Part shown: positions 13,345-25,978 of the stretch, piece by piece | Position numbering within the stretch: position 1 is the stretch's first letter | Layout: each line of letters starts with the position of its first letter | Assembly (NCBI RefSeq): GCF_004010195.1 | Contig: NC_057749.1 | Location: 11,820,839-11,884,838, forward strand | Direction of reading: 5' to 3' | From: Chiloscyllium plagiosum | Lineage: Eukaryota | Length of the DNA: 64,000 nucleotides | Position numbers and translations under genes: made by a program | Notes under the pieces: model-generated | What the model was told of the DNA's origin: nothing | Database searches by the model: none | The model's input: the letters and a program-made list of their open reading frames with translations, nothing else

Positions 13345-14045
13345 GAACATAGAACATAGAACATAGAAGAATACAGCGCAGTACAGGCCCTTTGGCCCTC
13401 GATGTTGCGCCGATCCAAGCCCACCTAACCTATACTAACCCACTATCCTCCATATCCAAAGCCCGCTTAAATGCCCATAAAGAGGGAGAGTCCACCACTG
13501 CTACTGGCAGGGCATTCCATGAACTTACGACTCGCTGAGTGAAGAACCTACCCCTAACTTCAGTCCTATATTTACCCCCCCTTAATTTAAAGCTATGCCC
13601 CCTTGTAATACCCGACTCCATACGCGGGAAAAGGTTCACACTGTCAACCCTATCTAACCCCCTAATCATCTTGTACACCTCAATCAAGTCACCCCTAAAC
13701 CTTCTTTTCTCTAATGAAAACAGCCCCAAGTGTCTCAGTCCTTACTCATACGATCTTCCTTCCATACCAGGCAACATCCTGGTAAACCTCCTCTGCACCC
13801 GTTCCAGTGCCTCCACATCCTTCCTATAGTATAGCGACCAAAACTGCACACAATATTCCAGATGCGGCCGCACCAGAGTCTTATACAACTGCATCATGAC
13901 CTCAGGACTCCCGAACTCAATTCCTCTACCAATAAAAGCCAGTACGCCATATGCCTTCCTCACCGCACTATTTACCTGGGTGGCAACTTTCAGAGATCTG
14001 TGTACATGGACACCAAGAGCCCTCTGCTCATCCACACTACCAAGT
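13345..14045 (-). mobile_element. Young CR1 LINE 3' fragment
   Basis: [51 protein letters not shown]; (AGAACAT)n tail; near-identical to 52105-52650. Confidence 0.95.
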
Positions 14046-14084
14046 ATAAGGGCGCAGGCTCAGAGGGCCGATGTGTCTACTCAT

Positions 14085-14850
14085 GCACTGTGTAGATCTT
14101 TGTGGTAAACCTCCCTCCGACTTTCCACATCAAACACTGGTATGACAGGGTTCGTGTATATTTGGATATTAAGTGAGGCTTCTTCGACATGGTCCTCATC
14201 AAACTCTCCCAGGACAGTTACGAGATCGTGTTAGATACAGATAATACCTTCCTGACACTATCCCCATCAAATAATATGTGATATGAATAAAACGGCGTTG
14301 GATACAAAGTAATACACGACTAGAGGTCCCCCACCAAAATTCCCAGAACAGGGACAGCATTGGGTCAGATATGCATTAAATCTTCTTGTCCACCGTCCCT
14401 ATCAAATACTCCCAAGGCTGGAACAATATGGGTTTAGATACACAGCAGAGCTGCCTCTATACTGTTCCCATCTAACAAACCCATTACAGGGTTAGGAGGG
14501 GGTTAAAGGCAGAGGAAATCTCTCTCTGTACTGTCCCTCATTCATCACTCCAATTACTGGGACAGAATGTGACTACGTACAGAGTGAAAATGTCTCGACA
14601 CTGTCCTCATCAAACTCTGCGAGAACAGGGAGAGAACGAGGATTGATACAGCATAAACAGTGCTCTGCACTGTGCTCAGTAAAAACTCCCAGGGTTCATA
14701 CAGGACCTGGTTAAATACAGAGAAGAGCTCTTTCGACAAGGTCCACATCAAATACTCCAAGGACTGGGACAGTATGACAAGAGATGCAGAGAAAAGTTAT
14801 TTTAACACTGTCTACATCAAACACTCCAAGGATACGGACAGCACACCCTA
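14085..14850. repeat. Degenerate satellite, ~65-70 bp unit
   Basis: Recurrent caggacagggacagcatgggttagatacagagtaaagctccctctacactgtccccatcaaacactcc-like units. Confidence 0.8.
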
Positions 14851-15892
14851 ATTTAAGACTGAGTAGAGGAGGAATTTCTTTTCTCACACAGTTTGAGTTC
14901 TTTGTACCTCCTTCCAACACAGAACTTGTGTATGTTTAAATCTGATATCGATTCTTGATCCAGTAAGGGAATCCAGTGTGTTGGAAAAAGTGCAAGAAAG
15001 TGGGTTTGAGGTCTGTAAAAATAGCCAAGATCCTTTGGAATGGCACAACAGGGTCGAGGGGCCAGACCGACCATTCCAGCTCTTATTTTCTTTTTGTTGC
15101 CTTATGTACACCTCATAATCATACTGCTCACTATTGGGTATGATGTGAAAATAGTTGCATCTATCCACTCTACCATGCTGTTTTTCTGAGTCTCCACCTA
15201 ATAAAGGCACTCCAATCCCACAACACTACTCAGATCACAGTTGCAAAGCTGTGAACAGTTTTATACCTCTGATATCAGGAAAGGTGTTCTGGCATTCAAT
15301 GCAGTGCAGTGAGGATTCGCTAGAATGACAGTGGGTGTGGAGGGACACTCTTACGAGGAAAGCTTGAGTAAGTTGTGCTTCTGCTCATTGGCAAATAGAA
15401 AGTTTGTTGTTTTTCTTTCCCTGCCTAAGAAATGAAGGACTTGCCACAGAGAGAGTGCAGCAGACAGTCACGAGGCTGATGCTAAAGATGTCGAGGATGA
15501 CGTCTGAGGACAGATTACATCTTTTAGGGAATTGACTGGAATTCAGAAGAACTCGAAGAGATCTGATTTAAAATAATGCAACTGCAACAGATCTGTACAG
15601 AATAGGTGCAAGGAGGATATTCTTCATGCTTGGATACTCCAAATTCATGGTGAAAGTCGCAAGATGTTGGCCAAGTCACATCGAACACCAGACTCGTTTC
15701 TGTTCTCAAGTATATCAATGTTTGATTTGGACAGAACACGAAAGTGTATTCATTCTTACAGTCCTGCTTTTCATAAATGTTCGTAATTAATCTGAAGATG
15801 AAAGTGGCCCATTGGATTATTTATGTCGATCTCAGTAAAGCAGACTTGGCAATGTGTCCTTGCTCTTCAAAGCCAATGTGCTTGCATCTTCT

Positions 15893-16152
15893 TGGGTGGC
15901 ACCGTGGCACAGTGGTTAGCACTGCTGCCTCACAGCGCCAGAGATCTGGGTTCAGTTCCCGCCTCAGGGAACTGTCTGTGCGGAGTTTACTTATTCTCCC
16001 CACGGCTGCGTGGCTTTGCTCTGGTTTCCTCCCACAGTCCAAAGAAATGTGCAGGTTAGGGGCATAGGTCTGGGTGGCTTGCTCTTCGGAGGGTCGGTGT
16101 GGCCTTGTTGGGCCGAAAGGCCTGTTTCCACACTGCAAGTAAGTAATCTAAT
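15893..16152 (+). mobile_element. tRNA-derived SINE
   Basis: Same family, internally deleted. Confidence 0.85.
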
Positions 16153-17536
16153 TCAGCATGTCAGTGTTCTGTGTAATTTGAATACAAGGGCATCTGAGCA
16201 CACACATAGAGATCAGTGACTTCCAGCATTGGACAGAATAATTTATTATCCAAAGAGGAACTGGATAAATCACTGACAGAGAATTACAAGCAGGTTTCTG
16301 GGGGAGAAGTGAGGCAAGTGACGTATTTGATTGCCTGGGTAGGTGAATAGCCAGTTATCGTGCGTCTGTCTATGCTATGCGTCTGTCCATGCACCATTTC
16401 TACAATGAAATGATCGCATGCATGCACACTTCTTTTGGGTATGGTTTAGGAATCAATAAAACACTCTCAGCCTTTTCACTCGACTCCCACCTGACGGAAC
16501 GGTCACCGAGACAAAAAGAAAGAAGCAGGAAACACATGTTTCAGGAGAGCAAGATTTCAACTGATGTTCTGTTCCCATGCCCCTGCAGAGTTCGTTTAAA
16601 CCCCCCCCAAGAGCACTAGCATTTACTCATGTGCTCTCCATTAAAAGCCTCTCTCACCCACTCCCCATCTCATTACGGTGTCGCTCATCCATGCCCCATC
16701 TCATTATTTCCTCTTGCCATGTTTCCTTTCGCCACCTGTTGCCTGTTCTCATTACAGCATGGTTTGTCCACATCTTGCTTCATTACAGTGAATCTCACAT
16801 GTGCTATCTCATTACAATATCTCCAGTTCTCAATGTTACATTGGTAGCTCCCTCCTGCATCCAATCTCTTTATGGTACTGTTTATCCATGTGGTCTTTTG
16901 TTACAGCCTCTCTTACCCATGCCCTGGCTCACTACAGTTGCAATTCGCTCATGCCTTGGCTCATTACAGCTTTGGCTCAATATAGCTTCTCTCACCCAAG
17001 CGGAGTCTCATTATGGTGCTGCTTTCCATGTGTTGCCTCATAGGAATGTGTCCAAGTTCTACTTTCCATCAGGTGGGAACACATGTTCTATGCATTTAAG
17101 CTGAACCACTGTTATCGTTCTCAAACATTCATGCAGTATAACGTGAATGCTCCACCATATAACCTGCTACTTACAATGCAGTGTTAACAGACTAATAACA
17201 GCAGAAATAATGATAAGAACATATCTATAATAGAGATTTCTGTATCAGTTCTCCCAGTTACCTGCAAGTATTAGCCCTGGCAGAATGAAGGGTATCTTTT
17301 ACAAAGCTGCTTCCCTTCAGGTTTCTTGGCTTGTGCTTGATGCTCTCATGGAGACGGTAAACCACTTTAATCAGAAATTACCAGTAGGAAATTATTGCAC
17401 AATCTAATTTTGTTAATCTTTCACAGTGTTTGGCAACCAGTTGCACTAAAGATGAAATAACTGCTCCTACCTGTTTTGAAGCCTAGAAAGACCAAGAAAT
17501 CATCATCTAGCACACTGTGGCACATGGCCGTCATTA

Positions 17537-19516
17537 GGTGAAAGTGAGGACTGCAGATGCTGGAGATTAGAGATTAGAGTGGTGCTGGATAAGTACAACA
17601 GGTCAGGCAGCATTAGAGGAGCAAGAAAATCTAAGTTTCGGGCAGGAGCCCTTCATCATGAATGAAGCTGGAAGCCTTAGTGGTAGAGACATAAATTGGG
17701 GGGTTGGGCAGGGGGGAGGTAGTTGAGAGTGCAATAGGTGGAGGGAGGAAGGGGTAGAGGTGATAGGTCAGAGAGGAGGTTGGAGCAGGTAGGTGGGAAG
17801 GAAGATTCCTGATGAGTGAGAGAGAGTGAGAGAGAGTGAGAGAGAGTGAGAGAGAGTGAGAGAGAGTGAGAGAGAGTGAGTGAGTGAGTGTGAGTGAATG
17901 AGAGAGACTCACTGAAATCTTTGTAGAGAGAGGAGGAGAACTTCTTCAAAGGTACAAAGTTAAAAATCACACATTATCAATGAGGATGAGCACCTCACCA
18001 AGACCTTCCCCACACCTCCACTATTTGCCTTTAAACAACTGCCAAATCTCAAACAGGTCATTGTTTGTAGCAAGCTGCCTGGCTCTCAGGACAACTCCAT
18101 ACAACCCTGTCACGGTAGATGCTGCAAGACGTGTCAGAGTGTGGACATAGACACCACCATTACGCGTGGGGACACCTCCCACCTTGTTCATGGCAGGTAC
18201 ACATAGAACTCAGCCAACATTGTCTATCTTATACATTGCAGGCAAGGATGCACGGAGGCATGGTACATTGGGGAAACCGAGCAAAGGCTACGACAATGGA
18301 TGAATGGGCACCGCACAACAATCAACAGACAGGAGTATTCCCTCCCAGTTGGGGAACACTACAGTGGTCCAGGATATTCGACCTCGGACTTCGGGTGACC
18401 ATCCTCCAAGGTGGACTTCGGGACAGGCAGCAGAGAAAAGTGGCCGAGCAGAGGCTGATAGCCAAGTTCGGTACCCATAGGGAGGGCCTCAACCGGGACC
18501 TTGGGTTTATGTCACATTACAGGTGACCACACACACACACACACACATATACTTTGTGGGGTGAATTTGTACTTTCAGGATTACATTGTACTTTGCTCAA
18601 AAACTGCATGAATTCATGTAAAACTCCATTATCTCACTTTTTAGATTAAAATCAACCTAAACATCATGGCACAAACAGAAAATACAGGGGGCCAACACCT
18701 TCAACATATTGTCTAGCTATCATCATTGTTAACAGCTAACCCGAGAATGCAACTTTTTAAAAAAAGGTTTTGTGATTTACACATGAAAGAAGTGAAACTA
18801 TCATGGTATTCTAACAGATGAAAGGCTTAACAGACAATCAATTTTTCAATGTATAATTTCAGTTACATCACACTGTAAATTTTTGTTATAAATTCTGTGT
18901 GTTAGGATTGAACCCTCCACTACCACCTGATTAAGGAACGACGCTCCAAAAGGTAGTGTGCTTCCAATTAAACCTGTTGGACTATAACCTGGTGTTGTAT
19001 GATTTTTAACTTTGTACACCTCAGTCCAACACCAGCATCTCCAAATCATGACTTCTTCAAGGTAGGTATCCTTGAAATCCGCTCCACCCTACTTTCCAAC
19101 CTATCACCTTCTAAGCTCTACTCCAATCTCCAGCATCTGCAGTCCTCACTTTCACCTAGTTGATTTCAACTTTACTGCGAATCCTCTTGCAAGGATGCCT
19201 ACCTTGAAGAAGTTCTCCTCCTCTCTATACAAAGATGTCTGTGAGTCTCTCTCTCATCTCTGCCCTGAAGCTCTTTACTTCCTTCCCACCTAACTGCTCC
19301 ACTCTCCTCTCCGACCTATCACCTTCACCCATTCCTCCATCCACCTACTGCACTCTCAACTATCTTTTCCCCAGCCCCACCCCTCCCATTTATTTTCTCC
19401 ACCCCCAAGGCTTCCAGCCTCATTCCTGATGAAGGGCTGCTGCCCGAAATATTGATTTTCCTGCTCCTCGGATGCTGCCTGACCTGTTGTGCTCTTCCAG
19501 TACCACTCTAATCTCT
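17537..19516. mobile_element. Palindromic PLE-derived element containing a nested Penelope GIY-YIG fragment (~17955-19050)
   Basis: Inverted arms; 15-bp TSD-like repeats ACATGGCCGTCATTA (17522-17536) / ACATGGCCATCACTA (19517-19531); inner fragment encodes WYIGETEQRLRQWMNGHR. Confidence 0.8.
17811..17908. repeat. (GAGAGAGTGA)n microsatellite
   Basis: Directly visible. Confidence 0.95.
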
Positions 19517-20029
19517 ACATGGCCATCACTACCCGGTGCACATACATCACCGAAAATTTCCATAATTAAATTGTAAAAGCTCCTTGATAACTTAATCTTA
19601 AATCAAAAATCGCTGACTGAGTAACAAAGGATTACAGAAACATATTTTAATCAAGGTTTCAAGTCTCAAAATTTGACCTGACAATTCAGGATATCAATGA
19701 AAATTCCTCAAACATCCCCAGGTGGGCTCCAGGAATACACAAGCCTCAACGCCTGTAACCAAGCCCAAACACAGGACCAGATTCCTCATCTTCCGTCTCG
19801 GAACACTTCAACTCCAGGGCATCAATGTGGACTTCAACAGTTTCTTCATTTCCCCTTCCCCCACCTCACCCCAGTTCCAAACTTTTTTACTGCTCCTCGG
19901 ATGCTGCCTGAACTGCTGTGCTTTTCCAGCACCATTCTAATCTAGACACCAGCTTAAAATGTGTCAATTTCCTGTTCACTCGCGTTTTGGCGGTGCTACA
20001 AAAAGGTTTTGGAAGGCGCTTTTTGGGGA

Positions 20030-21470
20030 GCCAGTCGGAGTTGCTATATTGCCTCTGGTAGATGATTCACGCTGCTCCTACCGTAGACCCACCCATTTGT
20101 GAAAAGAGTTAATGTTGAAGATAGTGGAAGTGTTGCCAATTAAGCAATTGCTTTGTCCTTGAGTGTTGTTTGAGCTGACTTAACTAGCCAAGTGGGGAGT
20201 ATTCCATCACACTCATGATTTGTGCCATGTAGATGATGGATAGGCTTTGGAGAGTCAGGATGGGAGTTACTACCTGCAGGACTACTAGCCTTTGACCTGT
20301 TCTTGTAGTCACCATAGTTATTGTCTGGTTCAGTTCAGTTTCTGTCAGTGGTAACTCTTGGATGCTGATAATGGGAGACTCAGTGACGGTAATGCTATTG
20401 AATGCTCTGGGGCAATGGTTAGATTTTCTCATGTTGGAGATGGTTACTGCCTGGCACTTATGCAACACGAATGTTACTTGCTACTTGTCAGCCCAAGGAA
20501 TACAGTCCAAGCCTTGCTGCATTTGAACATGGACTGCTTCAGTATCTGAGGAGTCGTGAATAGTACTGAACATTGTGGAATCACCAACAAACACCACCAC
20601 TTAAGACCTTATGATGGAGGGAAAGACACTGAGGAAGTAACTACCCTGAGGAACTCCTGCAGAGATATCCTGAAACAGAGATGACTGACCTCCAAAACCA
20701 CAATCAACTTCCTATGTGTCAGGTATGAGTCCAACCAATGGAGAGTTTTCACTCCCTGATTCCCATTGTCTCCAGTTTTGTTCAGGCTCCTTGATGCTAC
20801 AGTTTGTCAAAAGAGGCATTGATGTCAAGAGCAGTCACTCTTATCATCTCTGAAGTCCAACTCTTGCATCCATCCTTGGACCAAGGCTGTAATGAGGTCA
20901 GGATCTGACTGGTTTTGAATAGAACCCAGACTTAATGCGAGTAAGCAGCTTATTACGGAGCAGGCACTAATGATGACATATTCCATCACTTTCCTTGTGG
21001 TCAAGAGTAGATTGATGGGGCAGTAATTAACCAGTTTTGCTTTGTCCTGCTTCTTGTGTAAGGGACATAACTGGGCAATTTTCAACATTGTCCAGTCGAT
21101 GCCAATGATTAAACTGTAGTGGAACAGCTTGGCAAGAACAATTAAATTCTAAAGCACATCTTTAGTATTATTGCCAGAATATTAACAGGGCCCTTGGCCT
21201 GTGTGTTATCTGGTTACACCAACTGTTTCTCACAATTGCGTGAAGTGAATCGAATTGGCTGTAAACTGGCATTGGTGATGCTGAGGACCTCTGGAGGATG
21301 CTGAGATTAATCATCACTCGACACTTTTGGCTGAAGATTGTTGCCAATGCTTCAGCTTTATCTTTTCCACTGATGTGCCTTGCTCCCTTGTTATTTACGA
21401 TGGGGATATTTGTAGAGTTTCCAACTCCAGTGAAATTTTGATTTTCTACCACCATTCACAACTGAGTGGC
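20030..21470 (-). mobile_element. Older LINE (CR1/L2 clade) fragments; relatives at ~3670-4330(+), 9055-10180(-), 26990-27880(-), 60240-61160(+)
   Basis: NYCPINLL, MFADDCT, VMEYSPL peptides and a shared 3' tail ending cccacatcccacaaatga. Confidence 0.7.
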
Positions 21471-21589
21471 AGGACTCAGTGTTACAAAAATCATTTCTTT
21501 GGCTCTATCTGTCAAAGGAACTTGGTGTCAGTGCTGCCACCAAAGCTGATGGTATACTGGACTTGAAGAAGAAGATCTAAGAGTACAAC

Positions 21590-23990
21590 TGGGCTAGTGG
21601 ACCTAGGTATGGCAGATGGAATTTAATGCAGACAAATGCAATGTGTTACCTTTCGATAAGATAACCAGGCAGGACTTAGATAGTTAATGGTAAGGCTTTG
21701 GGGAGTGTTGTCGTACAGGCAGAGCCAGGGGCACACTTACGTAGCTCCCTGAAAGTGGTGTCACAGGTAGACAAGGTGGTGTAGGCAGCATTTGGCACGC
21801 TTGCTTTCGTCGGACAGAGCACAGAGTAAAGGAGTTGAGACATCATATTAAAGCTGTACAAAACATTGGCCAGGGCACATTTGGAGTTCTGTGTACAATT
21901 TTGAATGCCCTGCTTTGGAAGGATGTTATTAAATTGGAAAGGGTACAAAGAGGATTTACAAAGAGTAACTAAGGCTGGAAGGTATGGAGTTATAAGGAGA
22001 GGCTGAGACTGTTTTCCACTATAGCTCAAACCCTCCAACCCTAGTAACATCACTGTAAAACTTTCCTGAATCCTCTCAAGTTTCACAACATCTTCTGACA
22101 GCAGGGAGACCAGAATGGAATGCAGTATTCCAAAAGTGGCCTAACCAATATCCTGTATCATAGCCTCCCAACTCCCATACTTAATGCACTGACCAATAAA
22201 GGCAACCATACCAAACACCTACTTCACTATCTGCAACCCTATTTTCAAGGAACGACAAACCAGCACTTCAAAGTCTCTTTGTTCGGAAATACTCCCAGGA
22301 CCTTACCAATGAGTGTATAAGTTCTGTCCTGATTTGCCTTTCCAAAATGCAGTACCTCACAATTATCTAAATTAAACTCGATCTGCCACTCCTCAGCCCT
22401 TTCACCCATCTGATCAAAGTCCTGTTGTACTCAGAGGTAATCTTCGTCATTGTCCATTACACCACCAATTTTGGTGTCATCTGCAAACTTACGAACTATA
22501 CGTCTTATGTTCACATTCAAATCATTTATATAAATGACAAAAAGCAGTGGACCCAGCACCGATCCTTGCGACACACCACTGGTCACAGTCCTCCAGTCAA
22601 AAATGTAACCCTCCACCTCCACCAACACCACCACCACCACCTGACTCCTACCTTCAAGCCAATTTGTATCCAAATGGCTGGCTCTCCCTAGATTCCACGT
22701 GATGTAACCTTGCAAACCAGTCTACTATGGGGGACCTAGTCTAACATCTTGCTGAAGTCCATATAGATCATGTCCACCGCTCTGCCTTCAAATAGTCTTC
22801 ATCACTTCTTCAAATAACTCAGTCAAGTTAGTCAGACTTCCCACACCACCACCATTCTGACAATCCCTAATCAAACCTTGCCTTTCCAAATACATCTAAA
22901 TTCTGTCGTTCAGAATCCCTTCCAACAATTTACACATCTCTGATGTCAGGAACACCAGTCTATAGTTCCCTGGCTTTTCCTTACCACCCTTAAGTAATGG
23001 CAACACAATAGCCAACCTCAAATCTTCTACCATCTCACCCATGGCTATTGAAGATACAAATATCTCAGCAAGAGGCCTAGCAATCACTCATTTAGCTTCC
23101 CACAAAGTTCTAGGATACACCTGATCAGGTCACGGAGATTTCTCCACCGCTATGCATGTTAAGATTTCCAGCATCTCCTCCTCTGTAATATGAACGCTTT
23201 CCAAGACATCACTATTTATTTCTCCAGCTTCCATATCCTTTTCCACAGTAAATGCTGACATGAAATACTTGTTTAGTATCTTACCCATCTGCTGTGATTC
23301 CACACGTAGGAGGCTTTGTTGGTTTTTAAAGGGGGCATATGTTCTCCCTAGTTACTCTTTCGTCCTTGAAATATTTGTGGAATCCCTTTGGATGCTCCTT
23401 AACCCTATTTGTGCTCCTGATTTCCCACTTAGGTATGCTCCTATTGCCCTCAGACTCTTGAGGGATTCAATCGATCCCTGTTGACTATACCAGATATATA
23501 TTTCCTTCTTTTTCTTGATGAGAGCCTCAATTTCTCTAGTCATCCAGCATTCCATTCAGCACCAACCTTACCATTTGCATTAACAGGAACATACTGTCTC
23601 TGGGTTCTCGTTATGTCATTCTTGAAGGCCTCCCACCTTCCAAACTGTGAACATCCACCCCCAATCAACTTTGGTAAGTTCTTGCCTAATACCATCAAAA
23701 TTGGCCTTCTTCGAAGTTAGAACTTTGACTTTTAGAGCTGGTCTATTCTTTTCCATAACAATTTTAAAACAAACCAAATTATGGTCACTGGCCCCAAAGT
23801 GCTCCCCCACGGAACATCTGTCACTTGCCCTACGTTATTTCGCAAGAGAAGGTCAAGTTTTGTTTCTTCTCTAGTAGGTACATCCACATACTGAATAAGA
23901 AAATGTTCTTATATATACTTAAATTCCTCCCCATCCAAGCCCTTAACACTGTGGCAGTCTCAGTCTATGTTTGGAAAGTTAAAATCCCTA
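21590..23990. mobile_element. CR1 LINE fragments (+ 21590-22020; - 22020-23990)
   Basis: [39 protein letters not shown] and endonuclease-end GASDHN on the - strand. Confidence 0.9.
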
Positions 23991-24419
23991 CCATAAGACC
24001 ATAAGACATAGGAGCGGAAGTAAGGTCATTCGGCCCATTGAGTCCACTCCGCCATTCAATCATGGCTGATGGGCATTTCAACTCCACTTACCCGCATTCT
24101 CCCCGTAGCCCTTAATTCCTTTTGAACTCTACCATTTGACCTCTACTATTCTTACAGATAACTGAGATCTCTTTATAAATTTGTTCTCGATATCCCACTC
24201 GACTACTGCAGGGTCTATAGTACAATCCCAAAAAGATGATCATCCATTTTTTTTTCTTTCAAAGTTCCACCAAATAACTTAATGGACATATTTCCCAGAA
24301 TATCCTCCAAGTACAGCCATAATGTTATCCCTAACCAAAGATGCCACTCCTCTTACTTTCTTGCCACCCCCCCGCCCTTTCCATTGTTCCTAGTGCATCT
24401 ATAGCCAAGAATATAGAGC

Positions 24420-25978
24420 CCCACTGAACTCATCTTTATCCACCTTCACACTGTCCTATCCCCCCAGTCCAGAAACTGCCACATACATTCGAGACACCAC
24501 CCACGCCCTCCACTTCCTCCAAGACTTCCGTTCCCCAGCCCTCAATGCCTCATCTTCATCATGGATATCCAATCCCTCTATACCACCATCCACCATGACC
24601 AGGGCCTCCAAGCCCTCAGTTTCTACCTCTCACGACGTCCCCAACAGTACCCTTCCACCGACACTCTCATTCGTTTGGCCGAACTGGTCCTCACCCTTAA
24701 CAATTTCTCCTTTGAATCCTCCCACTTCCTCCAGATCAAAGGGGTAGCCATGGCACCCGTATGGGCCCCAGCTATGCCTGTCTCTTTGTTGGCTATGTAG
24801 AACAGTCCATCTTCCATAGTTACACCGGCACCACTCCCCACCTCTTCCTCCGCTACATTGATGACTGCATTGGCGCTACCTCGTGCTCCCACGAGGAGGT
24901 TGAGCAATTCATCAACTTCACCAACACATTCCACCCTGACCTTAAATGCACCTGGACCATCTCTGACACCTCCCTCCCTTCCTGGACCTCTTCATCTCCA
25001 TTAATGTCGACCAACTTGACACTGACATTTTTTACAAACCCACCGACTCCCACAGCTACCTGGATTACACCTCTTCCCACCCTACCTCCTACAAAAATGC
25101 CATCCCGTATTCCAAATTCCTCCGCCTCCACTGTATCTGCTCCCAGGAGGACCAGTTCCACCAAAGAACACACCAGTTGGCCTCCTTCTTTAGAGACCGC
25201 AATTTCTCTTCCCATGTGGTTAAAGATGCCCTCCAACACATATCGTCCACAACCCCCACCTCTGCCCTCAAATTCCACCCCTCCAACTGTAACAAGGACA
25301 GAATTCCCCCGGTGCTCACCTTCCACCCTTCGCATAAATCACATCATCCGACGACATTTCCGCCACCTCCAAACGGACCCCACCACCAGGAATATATTTC
25401 CCTCCCCACTCATTTCCGTTTTCCGCAAAGACCGTTCCCTCCGTAACTACCTGGTCAGGTCCACACCCCCCAACAACCCACCCTCCCTTCCTGGCACCCT
25501 CCCCTGCCACCGCAGGAATTGCAAAACCTCCTCCCTCATCTCCATCCAAGTCCCCAAAAGAGCCTTCCACATCCAATGTTTTATCTGCACATCCACCAAT
25601 ATAATTTATTGTATCTGTTGCTCCCAGTGTGGTCTCCTCTAGATTGGGGATACTGGACGCCTCCTAGCAGAGCGCTTTAGGGAACATCTCCAGGACACCC
25701 ACACCAATCAACCCCAAGGGAACATCTCCAGGACACCCACACCAATCAACCCCACCGCCTTGTGGCCCAACATTTCAACTCCCCCTCCCACTCTGCCGAG
25801 GATATGCAGGTCCTGGGCCTCCTCCACCGCCGCTCCCTCACTACCTGACGCCTGGAGGAAGAACGCCTCATCTTCCGCCTCGGAACACTCCAACCCCATG
25901 GCATCATTGTGGATTTCACCAGTTTCCTCATTTCCCCTTCCCCGACCTCACCCCAGCTCCAACCTTCCAGCTCAACAC
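24420..25978 (+). mobile_element. Penelope-like element, decayed RT plus GIY-YIG
   Basis: MDIQSLYT, GVAM..MGPSYACLFVG, FLRYIDD, NIIYCICCSQCGLL.IGDTGR. Confidence 0.93.

Noticed and set aside
14085-14850. Regularly spaced repeats resembling a CRISPR array
   Set aside because: Whole units are degenerate copies with no unique spacers, there are no cas genes, and the context is vertebrate.
16577-17104. 175-aa ORF
   Set aside because: Lies in a degenerate tandem repeat, with no recognisable domain or splice context.
25675-25755. Short tandem duplications (also ~4805-4860)
   Set aside because: Ordinary local slippage duplications inside decayed elements.
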